From: Bdellovibrio sp. ArHS
GTDB lineage: Bacteria > Bdellovibrionota > Bdellovibrionia > Bdellovibrionales > Bdellovibrionaceae
Reading direction: 5' to 3'
Assembly (NCBI RefSeq): GCF_000786105.1
Contig: NZ_JTEV01000006.1
Location: 16,410 to 80,409 of the forward strand
DNA length: 64,000 nucleotides
Both the position numbers and the translations under genes were made by a program. Of the stretch, positions 18,905-29,500 are shown one piece after another (positions within the stretch are counted from its first letter, which is position 1; each line of letters starts with the position of its first letter). Under the pieces are notes generated by a model. The model saw only the letters and a program-made list of their open reading frames with translations, had not been told where the DNA came from and made no database searches.

Positions 18905-19484
18905 TTTTTAATTTGGCATAAATAAGAGTGTCGCGTCTTTGACCGTTTTCAATACAGTGTTTACGCAAACGGCCTTCCAATAGATAGCCACAGCGAAGAG
19001 CGACTGAAGCCGAACGTTCGTTTCCTCCTGAACAGCGAATCTCGATGCGGAAAAAACCTTCCTCAAAAAGAACCTTTTCCAATGCTTTGACCGCTTCGCT
19101 GACATAGCCCTGTCCCTCGTGACCACCGACAATCCAGTAGCCAAGCTCACAGCGATTGTGTTCCCAGGCGATGGTATGCACACCGACATTACCCACATAG
19201 ACATCCCCGTCGTTCAGGAAGATACCATAGTCGAACATTTTGAAATCGGTCCATTGTTTATGAGTCATCTCGATATATTCACGTTCGTCGTGGATGCCTT
19301 TCGTCCAAGCGACCCAAGGAAGAAATTTTCCCAGACGCTCGCGATCGGCATCAACGTGACGGAACATCATCGCCGCCAGCTCCATTTTGTGCTTCTTTAA
19401 AGTTACACGGTCCGCAGTGATAGTTTCAGGAAGATGATGAGGGGTCACAGGAACCTCTTGAACTCTTATTTGATTTTTCCGCAA
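18894..19484 (-). CDS. GNAT N-acetyltransferase, RimJ/RimL family
   Basis: ELGYWI...GQGYVSEAV, RIEIRC...NERSASVALRCGYLLEGRLR. Confidence 0.92.
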   Translation of the reverse strand: MRKNQIRVQEVPVTPHHLPETITADRVTLKKHKMELAAMMFRHVDADRERLGKFLPWVAWTKGIHDEREYIEMTHKQWTDFKMFDYGIFLNDGDVYVGNVGVHTIAWEHNRCELGYWIVGGHEGQGYVSEAVKALEKVLFEEGFFRIEIRCSGGNERSASVALRCGYLLEGRLRKHCIENGQRRDTLIYAKLKNGN

Positions 19485-19876
19485 AGATCGGAAAGACGGA
19501 TGCCTGACAAATACTCCATGGAGTTTTTTTCTATGCCGTTGGCCACTTCATCCATGAGTTTTCCCATGTTGCAGCTAACCAGGCATTGTTTCAGCGGTTC
19601 TTTGTCAGGCGTGGCGATCAGCTTTTTATCGCAAACAGCAGTGTAGATCTCTTTCAATGAAATCTCTTTCGGAGATTTTAGGATCTTCACCCCCCCGGAT
19701 TTACCTTTAAAGGATTCCAAAAGTCCCGCTTCGACCAGACGGGAGACCAAGCGGCGAACCACCGTTGGATTCGTGCGAATGCTACTTGCTAATTGATCAG
19801 ACGTCATCAGCTCGCCCTTATGATAAGCCAGGACTGTCATGATATGAACTGAGACAGAGAATCTTTGATCGACCAT
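19466..19876 (-). CDS. Rrf2-family transcriptional regulator (YwnA/HypR-like)
   Basis: RFSVSVHIM, TSDQLASSIRTNPTVVRRL, GKSGG, ISLKEIY and the Cys motif CLVSCN. Confidence 0.92.
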   Translation of the reverse strand: MVDQRFSVSVHIMTVLAYHKGELMTSDQLASSIRTNPTVVRRLVSRLVEAGLLESFKGKSGGVKILKSPKEISLKEIYTAVCDKKLIATPDKEPLKQCLVSCNMGKLMDEVANGIEKNSMEYLSGIRLSDLCGKIK

Positions 19877-19971
19877 GTTGAGATCTTAACCCATTCCCTA
19901 AAAATAAACAATCTTAAGGACTTAGATGTTTAAAGCATTTAAAGCTGTTTTCAGCCACCCTAAATGTGCGT

Positions 19972-20007
19972 TTAATTGTTGCAATTAACCTCATCCCCCG
20001 CTATATT
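19972..20007 (+). promoter_or_regulatory. sigma70-type promoter of the nitroreductase, overlapped by an inverted repeat
   Basis: TTGCAA(19979)-17 bp-TATATT(20002); TTAATTG-ttg-CAATTAA palindrome at 19972-19988 covers the -35. Confidence 0.6.
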
Positions 20008-20047
20008 GTGCTCATATCTGTTACATTTAAGCAGAGCAGGAGAAAAT

Positions 20048-20689
20048 ATGACTCATACAACCATTAAAGAGGCCCTGGATTGGCGTTATGCCACAAAACG
20101 ATATGATCCCACGAAAAAAATCTCGGCAAAGGATTGGGACATTTTAAAGGACTCTTTGCAACTGGCGCCTTCTTCGTACGGTATTCAACCCTGGAAATTC
20201 CTGGTCATTGAAAATCCGGATCTGCGTGAAAAGTTAAAGGCCGTTTCTTGGAATCAGACGCAGGTGACCGAGGCGAGTCACTATGTCGTGTTTCTCTATA
20301 AAGAGGAAGTCGATGAAGCTTATATTCAAAAGTACATCGATCGTATCGCGGAGGTCCGCGCGGTGCCTTCGGCATCTTTGGATGGCTATAAAAATATGAT
20401 GATTGAAAATTTAGCCAAAGCCCCCGATGAAAAAATTCGGGTGTGGTCGCAACGCCAGGCTTACATCGCGATGGGCTTCCTCTTGGAAACCGCCGCCATG
20501 CTAAAAATCGATGCGACTCCGATGGAGGGCTTTGATCCCACCGCCTATGACCAGATCTTGGGTCTGGAAGGGACTGGCTGGAAATCCGTTGCCACTGTTG
20601 CTTTAGGATACCGACACCCCGAAGACTCATTTCAAAATCTCAAAAAAGTCCGCTTCGCAGAAGACTCGATTATTCAGTACGTGAAGTAG
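20048..20689 (+). CDS. NAD(P)H nitroreductase (NfsB/NfnB-like)
   Basis: WRYATKRYD, APSSYGIQPW, IDATPMEGFD; ATG 20048 follows AGGAG. Confidence 0.93.
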   Translation: MTHTTIKEALDWRYATKRYDPTKKISAKDWDILKDSLQLAPSSYGIQPWKFLVIENPDLREKLKAVSWNQTQVTEASHYVVFLYKEEVDEAYIQKYIDRIAEVRAVPSASLDGYKNMMIENLAKAPDEKIRVWSQRQAYIAMGFLLETAAMLKIDATPMEGFDPTAYDQILGLEGTGWKSVATVALGYRHPEDSFQNLKKVRFAEDSIIQYVK

Positions 20690-20699
20690 ATCCCGCCGC

Positions 20700-20739
20700 A
20701 AAAGCCCCAGTGTTCATCCCTCCGACACTGGGGCTTTTT
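20700..20739 (+). terminator. intrinsic terminator
   Basis: AAAAGCCCCAGTGT/ACACTGGGGCTTTT stem followed by a T-run. Confidence 0.85.
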
Positions 20740-20879
20740 ATTGTCCCCAAATAAATTTGTCTACACTTTGATGTGCGCCAACGTCTCAAAATAAGAATCC
20801 CCAAAAGAAATCCCTCTCGGTATTTACCGAGCTTGTCGATAAGTATCATACGGGAACGTCGTTCGAACAGGGACTAAAA

Positions 20880-23800
20880 ATGATTAGACTGGTGTATTCG
20901 GTATTTACAATCATGGGGCTTCTCTTTTGTACTGCTGGCTGCGGAGTCACTGCGCAGATCAGTCAACTCACCAGTAAGACTGAGCCTTCGTCGCCCGTCT
21001 ATGAAGACCTGACAGACGTACCACCCATCACGGTAAACAATCCCCTGGATTTGTCGACGATCACGGCACCGGGAACTGCGCCCTTCACCTATGAAATTGT
21101 TGAAGGGGGTGGCAGCATTTCCGGAACCACCTATACTCCAGGTGCCACAGCCGGTGATGTGATCATCAAAATCACCGATGGCAGCGGCCAGGTCAGTCAT
21201 ATCAAAATCCCCGTTGCCAAAGCGCCGACGATATCTCCGGCGCAAATCTATCTTGGCACCTCGGACACCTTTGATTTTTCCGGTGTTGATGGTGTACCAC
21301 CTTATACCTACTCGGCCACCGGAGGCACAATCACTTCAACGGGTCTCTTCACCGCCGACAGTTCCACAGGCCCCGCAACCGTCACCGTGACTGACAGTCT
21401 GGGAAATACGTTTACTCTGAATTTAACCATCAGATCTCCTCTTTCTTCCTCCATCAGTGCTGCCACAATCGGCCCTTTGAACACCGTGACGATGACTGGT
21501 GTCGATGGGGCTGGAGGATACGGCTACTCTTTGGTATCGGGGCCGGGCTCTATCAACGCCGTCACGGGAGTTTATTCGCCCGGAGGAAGCTCTGGCACAG
21601 CTGTTCTAAGAGTGACGGATGCCGCGGGAAAAACGTCTGATCAGACAGTCACCGTCACGACCTTATTGACGATCTCTCCGGCAAGCAAAACGTTGGTGAT
21701 CAACGGAACCACAACCTTCGTGGCCGCCGGAGGACTTCCGCCGTATTCCTATTCTATGGGGGTAGGTAATGCCGGCACCGTGGGTTTAACCACGGGCGCC
21801 TATCAGGCACCTGCTGTGGCCGCCAGCGAGAGTGTGATTGTAACGGATTCTCTGGGCAATACCGCGACGGCGAATGTAACCGTCAAGCTGACCCTCAAAA
21901 TTTCCGCCAGCAAAACCAAGTTCTATATAAACACGCCCATCACTTTCACTGGTGTGGATGGCATTCCTCCTTATACTTATTCTTTGGTCATGGGCGCCGG
22001 GACCCTGGACAGTACGACAGGAGCTTTTTCTACAACCTCGATCGGAATTAAACGTATTCGTGTCACAGACTCAAGTGGAGCCTCTGCCCTTTCCATGGTT
22101 ACGGCTTATAATCCTCTGACCGCGTCGTCATTCAATGTCGCCATAAACTCCGACATCACTTTTATTCCTTCGGGCGGCATCCCGCCCTACACCGCCACCG
22201 TCGTCAGTGGTGGAGGCTCAGTCAGTGCCTTGAATTACACGGCGCCAAACGCCCTGGGAACTGCAATCTTAAATGTGACCGATGCGGAAGGAAACTCCGT
22301 CAATGTCACAGCCAATATCACACCTCTTCCGGCAATCACTCAGTTTAATGTTTCCGGACCGTATGTTTCAACCACGGTGAATGTGACCGCAGCAGGCACG
22401 GACTATGATAAATGGTGCCTTCTTGAGGGAATCAATTACGTCTCGGCATGCGTGTGGCAGAATGGCACCCTGCCTTCGACTTTTGATACGGGTCATCTTC
22501 TGCGCGAAGGTCGTAGCTACTTTGCCTTTGTCTCGCGTGGCAGCGCCTTCACTAGCGCCACCAGCAACAAGTTCTTCGACTCTGTATTTCCCTTATCATC
22601 GAAAAATAATTTCGGTGAAGCCACCTCTGTTGCCGCGACGAACGACGGGTTTTGGGTCACCGATAGCGCTCTAAATAAAGTTCATAAATACGACAGCAAC
22701 GGGAACTGGCTTATGGCTTTGGGAACTCACACCGCCTCTTCTTCAGCAGGATACTTCCGCTATCCCATCGCAGCGGCTGTTGATGCTGCTGGCAATCTCT
22801 ATGTCGCCGATCAGGGAAATCATCGCGTTCAGGTGTTTTCATCAAGTGGTCAATGGCTGCGTCAGATTCCTTCCGACGGTGTGATCAACTCTGCAACCGA
22901 TGGACACTTCCAAAATCCTTGGTTTGTTTACATCGACAGCGCCGGCAACACCTACATTTCGGATAACGCCCAAAGAGTACAGAAATTTGACGCCACTGGA
23001 ACTTGGCTCTTCAGTTTTGGCAGCGCTGGTAACGGCAATGGCCAATTCACCACGCCGAAAAACATCACCCTGGACAGCGCGGGAAATATCTATGTCTTAG
23101 ACTATGGGAATTCGCGAATTCAGAAGTTTAACCCGACGGGCTCATGGCTCGCCACGTACGGTGGCCCCGGCACCACAAATGGTTTATTCGATGGTTTAGC
23201 AGGTTTGCATGTTGATGCTTCCGGCACGATCTATGTCATGGACAGAAGTCGCCTGCAGCAGTTTAACAGTGCTGGTGTATTTCAATCCTCTTCAACTCTA
23301 AGCTCGGGGACTTTTAGTGTCGAGTATGCCGGGGGGATGTCGATAGCTCCCGATGGCAGTATCTACGCAGTTGAAAGTGCGCGAAGCCTGGTTTCAAAAT
23401 TTAACGCCAGTTTGAACTTCCAGTTTTCTCTTGGCAGTACGGCGACAGACAATGGCAGCTTCTACTACCCTCGCAATATCCATCGTGATTCCTCGGGAAA
23501 TCTTTGGGTCGTCGACAATGGCAGCTGCCGTGTTCAGAAGTTTTCCTCTGCAGGAACCTGGCTTCTGTCTTTTGGAAGTTGCGGAAGCGCCAACGGACAG
23601 CTCCTGCAACCTACGGCCGTTGTCGTCGCCTCGGATGGATCTATTTACGTGGCTGACTCTTTAAATCTTCGCGTGCAAAAATTCGATCCTAGTGGCAGTT
23701 ATGTGTCCCAATTTCCTATTGGTCAAATTGCTGACATGATTATAAGCCCCTCTGACATACTTTACGCCACACGATCGTCGACCGTGGACGCCATCAAATT

Positions 23801-24239
23801 TGATACCAGCGGAAACATTCTGGATACCTATGGAGCTGGCACCCTCGAAACCGTCTCGGGAATAGCTATTGATACAAGTGGAAATATCTATGTCGCTGAG
23901 GAAGTAAAAAGTATTATTCACAAATTTTCTTCGGCCAATGTTTATTTGGGAACCATCGGCAGCAAAGGCTTAGACGACGGGCAATTCTTTAATTTAATGG
24001 ATGTGACGATCGCTCCGAACGGAGACATCATAGCTCTTGATAACCAGCCTCGGGTTCAGGTTCTAGATAGTACCGGTGCATTTAAATCTAAATTCGGAAA
24101 CTACGGCTATCAGGTGGGACAATTTATATATCCCAGAAATATTACGGTCGATCCCACCAATGGGGATCTTTATATTGTTGATTCCCACCGCCAGCGTATT
24201 CAGAAGTTTAATTCCGCCGGACTTCCCCAGATTCAATAG
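20880..24239 (+). CDS. large putative lipoprotein with six Ig-like repeats and NHL-repeat beta-propellers
   Basis: Possible lipobox (TAGC); repeats of about 75 aa with G-x-x-PY-x-YS...TG.Y/FT...VTDSxG; C-terminal half of NHL repeats (YVADQGNHRVQVF, YVLDYGNSRIQKF). Confidence 0.88.
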   Translation: MIRLVYSVFTIMGLLFCTAGCGVTAQISQLTSKTEPSSPVYEDLTDVPPITVNNPLDLSTITAPGTAPFTYEIVEGGGSISGTTYTPGATAGDVIIKITDGSGQVSHIKIPVAKAPTISPAQIYLGTSDTFDFSGVDGVPPYTYSATGGTITSTGLFTADSSTGPATVTVTDSLGNTFTLNLTIRSPLSSSISAATIGPLNTVTMTGVDGAGGYGYSLVSGPGSINAVTGVYSPGGSSGTAVLRVTDAAGKTSDQTVTVTTLLTISPASKTLVINGTTTFVAAGGLPPYSYSMGVGNAGTVGLTTGAYQAPAVAASESVIVTDSLGNTATANVTVKLTLKISASKTKFYINTPITFTGVDGIPPYTYSLVMGAGTLDSTTGAFSTTSIGIKRIRVTDSSGASALSMVTAYNPLTASSFNVAINSDITFIPSGGIPPYTATVVSGGGSVSALNYTAPNALGTAILNVTDAEGNSVNVTANITPLPAITQFNVSGPYVSTTVNVTAAGTDYDKWCLLEGINYVSACVWQNGTLPSTFDTGHLLREGRSYFAFVSRGSAFTSATSNKFFDSVFPLSSKNNFGEATSVAATNDGFWVTDSALNKVHKYDSNGNWLMALGTHTASSSAGYFRYPIAAAVDAAGNLYVADQGNHRVQVFSSSGQWLRQIPSDGVINSATDGHFQNPWFVYIDSAGNTYISDNAQRVQKFDATGTWLFSFGSAGNGNGQFTTPKNITLDSAGNIYVLDYGNSRIQKFNPTGSWLATYGGPGTTNGLFDGLAGLHVDASGTIYVMDRSRLQQFNSAGVFQSSSTLSSGTFSVEYAGGMSIAPDGSIYAVESARSLVSKFNASLNFQFSLGSTATDNGSFYYPRNIHRDSSGNLWVVDNGSCRVQKFSSAGTWLLSFGSCGSANGQLLQPTAVVVASDGSIYVADSLNLRVQKFDPSGSYVSQFPIGQIADMIISPSDILYATRSSTVDAIKFDTSGNILDTYGAGTLETVSGIAIDTSGNIYVAEEVKSIIHKFSSANVYLGTIGSKGLDDGQFFNLMDVTIAPNGDIIALDNQPRVQVLDSTGAFKSKFGNYGYQVGQFIYPRNITVDPTNGDLYIVDSHRQRIQKFNSAGLPQIQ

Positions 24240-24269
24240 ATCCTTTACACAATTCAAACAGGACAAAGA

Positions 24270-24299
24270 AAAAACCCCGAGATTTCTCTCGGGGTTTTT
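24270..24299. terminator. bidirectional terminator
   Basis: AAAAACCCCGAGA/TCTCGGGGTTTTT stem between convergent genes. Confidence 0.85.
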
Positions 24300-24307
24300 G
24301 AGATTTA

Positions 24308-25657
24308 TTATTGTGCATCCATAAAGCTGAAAGATTGTCGAGGAGCCATCTCGTAGATCTGTCCCTCTAGACCCGTATGCAGAGGCGTCGTTTGCGTGCC
24401 GTTGATAGACACCAAAGAGCCCGCCTCCGTTAAACCAATCAACTGTCCGTTGATCTTGTAAGCTCTGACAATACCCGTCGCCATTGGCGACATCGCCAAT
24501 GTGATAAAAGGTGCACCGCTGGTGCAACCAATTTCATAAATCTTCCCATTGGATGTCAAAAGATGAACTGAAAGAATCGAGCGCGAATAGCCATTCACAT
24601 AAAGAATGCTCACAGCCTCTCCTTGCGGAATCTTCATATCTTTGGTGGCAGCAGAACGAGGATCACAAGCAAACTGAATCGACTGAGAGTAAACCTTTGC
24701 AGACCATTGCGCCCCCAAGTGCAAGTCGGCAAGCTGAGCACGTTGCCCTGGTGTTTGACCGTTGTATTCAACAATGGCGTCACCCGCGGACTGAACGATT
24801 TCGCCTTCATTATTCGCGAATAGATAACGAGCTGTCTGTGTGCGATCCGTAGGAATCAAAATCATGTGCTGAGCGCGGGGAACAATCTTACCCACAAATG
24901 GCGCGTTCCCTTGCGCGGTGATCTTGTTGTTCGCAGAAGGTTCCAGCGTGTAAAGCTGTGTTGATTCAGCCATCAACAAAAGTTTTTCTTGGCGATCGAT
25001 TTTCACCGGAACTTCGAAAGCCTCGTCCGCATAAGTCACGGCAGATGCAATCGCATAAGCCTTTAAAGCGGGATGAATGTCAGTCGCATACTTCGCTAGC
25101 TGAGCATAAGTTTCAACCGTCACGGCATAAGATCCACCATCAGAAATTCTTGTATCACATGCACCGCTTAAGCCTTTACGGGCACCTTTAGAACAAGTTG
25201 TGTGAGGATAGCCATCGATATGTCGAGCTTCATGCATGAAAACGCTGGCGCGATCCAAAGCCGAAAAACTTTCTGTCAACATCATCGGACACACGTACAT
25301 GGTGTTGCCGAAACCGTAAACATAAGCTCCGACACCTTTAGGGCAGCTTGCTTGAACGTTGATATCATCGATACGACCAATGAAGTAGTCATACCAGCTA
25401 GAAGCAAAACGGCCCGAGAACAACTCATCCTTGCTCTTCTGCATATTAGGCTCAAAACCTGTCTTACGCATGAACATGATAGTTTGCAGAAGATTCGCCG
25501 TCTGCGAACCGTCGAAGCAATAATCCTTATTCGCAAGTTGTCTGAACTGAGAAAAGTGTGAAGCAATCGTTTGCATTTCACTTTTAGAAATACAATCCGC
25601 AGCAAAACTAACGGAACCGAAAAGCGTGAAGATCAACGCTATCATGAATTTGTTCAT
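24308..25657 (-). CDS. secreted putative zinc metallopeptidase (metzincin-like motif)
   Basis: Signal peptide from ATG 25657 (RBS GGAGGGG); HEARHIDGYPH fits HExxHxxGxxH; beta-rich C-terminal half. Confidence 0.75.
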   Translation of the reverse strand: MNKFMIALIFTLFGSVSFAADCISKSEMQTIASHFSQFRQLANKDYCFDGSQTANLLQTIMFMRKTGFEPNMQKSKDELFSGRFASSWYDYFIGRIDDINVQASCPKGVGAYVYGFGNTMYVCPMMLTESFSALDRASVFMHEARHIDGYPHTTCSKGARKGLSGACDTRISDGGSYAVTVETYAQLAKYATDIHPALKAYAIASAVTYADEAFEVPVKIDRQEKLLLMAESTQLYTLEPSANNKITAQGNAPFVGKIVPRAQHMILIPTDRTQTARYLFANNEGEIVQSAGDAIVEYNGQTPGQRAQLADLHLGAQWSAKVYSQSIQFACDPRSAATKDMKIPQGEAVSILYVNGYSRSILSVHLLTSNGKIYEIGCTSGAPFITLAMSPMATGIVRAYKINGQLIGLTEAGSLVSINGTQTTPLHTGLEGQIYEMAPRQSFSFMDAQ

Positions 25658-25785
25658 AAAATCCCCTCCATTTGATGAACTTCGCGCAGAGTGTAGTCTC
25701 CTCGCAAACAATAGCACTAAAAAACATCCAAATAATGCGGCCTATTACAAAAAACATATATTCTTTATCGAACATGTGTCGTCAC

Positions 25786-26460
25786 TTACCGAGCTACTTC
25801 TTTTAAACGTTTTAGGGCATACTTTTTCAACTGCGCGTCGGAAATCTTTTCAAAAGAAGCCGCGATCTGTTCCTGAGTGACCTCCCCCCGTTGATAACTC
25901 TTTACCAGGTCTTCGATAACCATCCGACGCAGCGACTTTTCCTGCATACTCAAGGTTTCTTCTGGCGAATGAATACGGGGTTTTTCCTGATGACTTAAAG
26001 GAGCCTCAAGAACTTTTTCGAGAGCTTGGTAATTGTGGGGCACACTCAAGCCCAGGACGTACGCCGCAAAAATACTTTCCCTAGCGGGACCCTCCTGACG
26101 CAAGACTGTCGTTGCCAGAAAAAGAGACTCCTCAAGGTTGAGTTGCGAAGATTTAAGACGAAGGCTGGCCTCAAGTTGATCGGGAGAGACTGAGGATTTT
26201 TCGATGTCCTGGGCGCCGGCACTCAGCCAGCGAAGAAACTCATCGCTGACCGCGGAAGCCGTTTGCACATCCTGTGGATGGGCAAAGTTCTCTCCCGGGG
26301 AAGAAGTCGCTTCTGGAGCCTTCCCTTGCTGACTATCAGTCTGCTCTTCTGTCGCCGAGGGCTTGGTGGTGAGAGGGAAGCCTTCATTTTTCTTAAAATA
26401 CCAAAGGCCCGCCATCACAACTAGAAGGATCAACACTCGAATAAAATACTGACGAAACAA
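25786..26460 (-). CDS. hypothetical membrane-anchored protein
   Basis: TTG 26460 follows GGAGG; N-terminal TM (VLILLVVMAGLWYF), low-complexity linker, helical domain. Confidence 0.7.
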   Translation of the reverse strand: MFRQYFIRVLILLVVMAGLWYFKKNEGFPLTTKPSATEEQTDSQQGKAPEATSSPGENFAHPQDVQTASAVSDEFLRWLSAGAQDIEKSSVSPDQLEASLRLKSSQLNLEESLFLATTVLRQEGPARESIFAAYVLGLSVPHNYQALEKVLEAPLSHQEKPRIHSPEETLSMQEKSLRRMVIEDLVKSYQRGEVTQEQIAASFEKISDAQLKKYALKRLKEVAR

Positions 26461-26469
26461 AATGCCTCC

Positions 26470-26506
26470 AAAAAAAGAAAACCCCAAAGTTTCCTCTGGG
26501 GTTTTT
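26470..26506 (-). terminator. intrinsic terminator after smc
   Basis: AAAACCCCA.AG/CT.TGGGGTTTT stem with a long T-tract on the minus strand. Confidence 0.75.
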
Positions 26507-26538
26507 AAAGCTTATCTTTTGCTCAAAGATTCCATCTT

Positions 26539-29500
26539 CTATGTGATGTCTTGAAGAGAAACTGAAACCATCGTCGAAACACCGCGCTCTTGCATCGTCA
26601 CACCGTAAAGTTTCTTAGCCACTTCCATCGTGTGTTTATTATGCGTTACTACGATGATCTGAGAGCGTTTTGCCATCTCACGAACCAAGTCGTTGAAACG
26701 GAAGACGTTCGCATCATCAAGTGGAGCGTCAACCTCATCCAGCAAACAGTATGGAGAAGGTTTTACCAGGAAGATCGAGAAGACCAGCGCCACCGCTGTT
26801 AACGCTTTTTCTCCACCTGACATCAAAGACACGTTTTGCATCTTTTTGCCCGGAGGACGAGCGATGATCTCGATACCCATTTCGCCTTTTTCTTCGTTTT
26901 CGATCAACTCCAACTTCGCTTCCCCACCGCCGAAAAGCACTGGGAATACGCGCGTGAATCTGTCGTTCACAAGATCGAAAGTCTCTTTGAAACGTTTAGA
27001 ACAAATTCTGTTGATACGATCGATCACCTTACGAAGCTGTTCTTTGGCTTCCGTCAGGTCGGCGTGTTGTTTCGTCAAGAACTCATAACGTTGCGCCGTT
27101 TCTTCGTACTCTTCGATCGCGGAAAGATTCACTTCCCCGATCTTAGCCAGTTTTTCACGAAGTTCTTTAAGTTCTGAATCCGCCGTCGAGAAGTCACCTT
27201 CACGATCTGCGTATTTTTCAACAACGTCTGGAAGATTCAGCATATAACGCTCACGAATAGAATCGATGAGGTACTGCTCTTTCATCTTCGCCTGCTCAAG
27301 CTTCAATTGAGAGTCGTTCATTTTGTGCTGTCGTTCATTGCGAGCACGTTGCGAAGACATCGCTTCTTCTTCAATCGTACGCGCGGATTCAGACATCACT
27401 TCGTATTCGTCTTTGGTTCGAGCCACTTGAAGTTTCAAAGTCTCTACTTCTGTCAAAAGACGTTCAAATTCGATTTTCTTTTCTTCCAAAGTCACTTGGC
27501 TCTCAGTCATCTGAGAGTTGTAACCTTCGGCCTCTTCACTCATACGAGCTAGTTGGGTGTCCAAGTCGCTCAATGATTTTGAAACCATTTCAAGCTGTCT
27601 AAGAACGCCGGTGTATTCCTGCGTTTTAGAAGCCGATTTCACCTGAAGATCCGTCACTTCCGCTTGCAAGCCATCGAAGCCCGTACGAGTCGAATTCAAC
27701 TCGGTATTCAAAGACTCGACTTCACCTTCAAGAAGAACTTTCTTTTCACGAGCGGCCACTAAAGCTTCGTTCAACTCTTCAAGTTTTTGTTCCTGAAGTT
27801 CCACTTGCTCAGTGATTTTTTTCAACTCGCGCTCTTGGCGTTCTACCGCCGTTTGCGCGTTCACCAATTCGTTTTCAGCACGCTCAAGATCTTTTCTTAG
27901 TTCCGTTACTTTGATCTCTTGATCGATCTTGCGTTTTTGCGCGCCTTCGAAGTCATTGAGAACATTTGCCAATTGCTCTTCCGTCTTTTTCAAAGACATT
28001 TGTGCCAATTGCAATTTTCCGGCAAATTCGTCTTTTTTCTCGGACAATTCTTTGATTTCACGACGACGCTTCAAAACCCCTGAATCCGCAGATTCAGAAG
28101 AACCACCCGTCAAAACTCCGTCGGCAGTCAACGTGTCACCGTCAAGAGTCACGAATGTCCAGCCTTCGTATTTCGCCCGCAAGTTCAAAGCCGTACGGAT
28201 AGAGTCAACGATCGCCACTCCATCCAGCATATAAGTGACTGTGTTTTTAAACTTATCAGCCGCCTGAACCACATCTTTAAGAATCGCCTGAACACCGTCC
28301 TCGCCCACAGGGGCTTCGGAACGTTGGAACGTCAAACCTTTGTCGTTAGCTGAAAGGAAGCTGGAACGACCTGATTTTTGTTCTTTCAGATGAGTGACCG
28401 CATCGACCGCGATATTCGCATCTGAAGAAAGAAGCATTTGCAGGCGTGAGCCCAAAGCCGCTTCCATCGCCACTTCGTATTCTGCCGGAACTTCAACAAC
28501 CTCTGAAACCGGTTGGAAGTGAGTCACCACCGAACCATCGGCCATCAACTCTTGCGTGCGGGTCTTCTGCCATAGCATGACCTGCTTCACACCCTCTTGG
28601 AAACCTTCGAAGTTGTTTTGCAGATTCTCAAGACCGTACAAACGTGAAGCCACCTCATTCAAAGAATCCTTGAATGATTCAACTTCAGCTCTTTTCTCGG
28701 CGACAGATTCTGTAAGGATTTTTTTATTCGCTTCAAAAGAATCGACATCCGAAGCCAGGTCCAACTGCATTTGGCGTTCTTTTTCAAGCTCACCGAAGAC
28801 CTTCTTACGACGCGCTTCGAACTCGACTTGTTTTTCGCGAAGTTCGTTAACGACTTGCTGTTCGTTGTCTTGACGCTCGGTCAGATCCGCGATTTGCGCA
28901 GACAAAGAATTCACCCGGGCATCCAAAGAAGACTCGGACTGTCCCATGGCGAACAATTCGCGACGTTTCGTCGTTAACTCTTCATCCACTTCCGCAATGC
29001 GCGAATTGAAGTTCTGATAGATGTCGTTTTTTTCTGTGAAGGCCGCAGTCAAAGACTCGGACTCTTCTTTAAGTTCCGCCACTTGCGCTTCAAGTTGCGC
29101 TTTATCACGAGCCAAAAGTTCCTGACGAGCTTGCTGTTCTTGCAAGATCGTGCCGGTCATTTGTTCGTTACGGCGAGCCTGCTCGATTTCGAAACGAAGC
29201 TCTTGGATCTCCATCTCTTTTTTCTGAACAGAAGATTGTTTTAAATAGAATTCATTTTGTTGTTCTTCCACCGCTTTTTCTTTTTCAAGAATTTGCAGTT
29301 TTAGAACCTCCAACTGACCTTGCAAAGTCGAAAGGTTGGTTTCCCCTTCCACTTCCATGCTTTGGGCCTCATTGAAGATGGCTTGTGCTTCATCCGCGGC
29401 ACGCTTCAACTCGATATATTGAGCCGAAGACAACCAAAGATCCAAATCTTCGATTTGGTTTTTAATATTGCGGTAACGCTCGGCACGCTGAGCTTGTCTT

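Noticed and set aside
20818-20842. Possible sigma28 or sigma54 promoter for the Ig/NHL lipoprotein (GTCGATAA; CGGTAT-N5-GAGCT)
   Set aside because: No -35 partner for the sigma28 reading and a poor -12 for the sigma54 reading.
24063-24527. 154-aa minus-strand ORF spanning the 24.27-kb terminator
   Set aside because: Crosses a bidirectional terminator and overlaps two better-supported genes.
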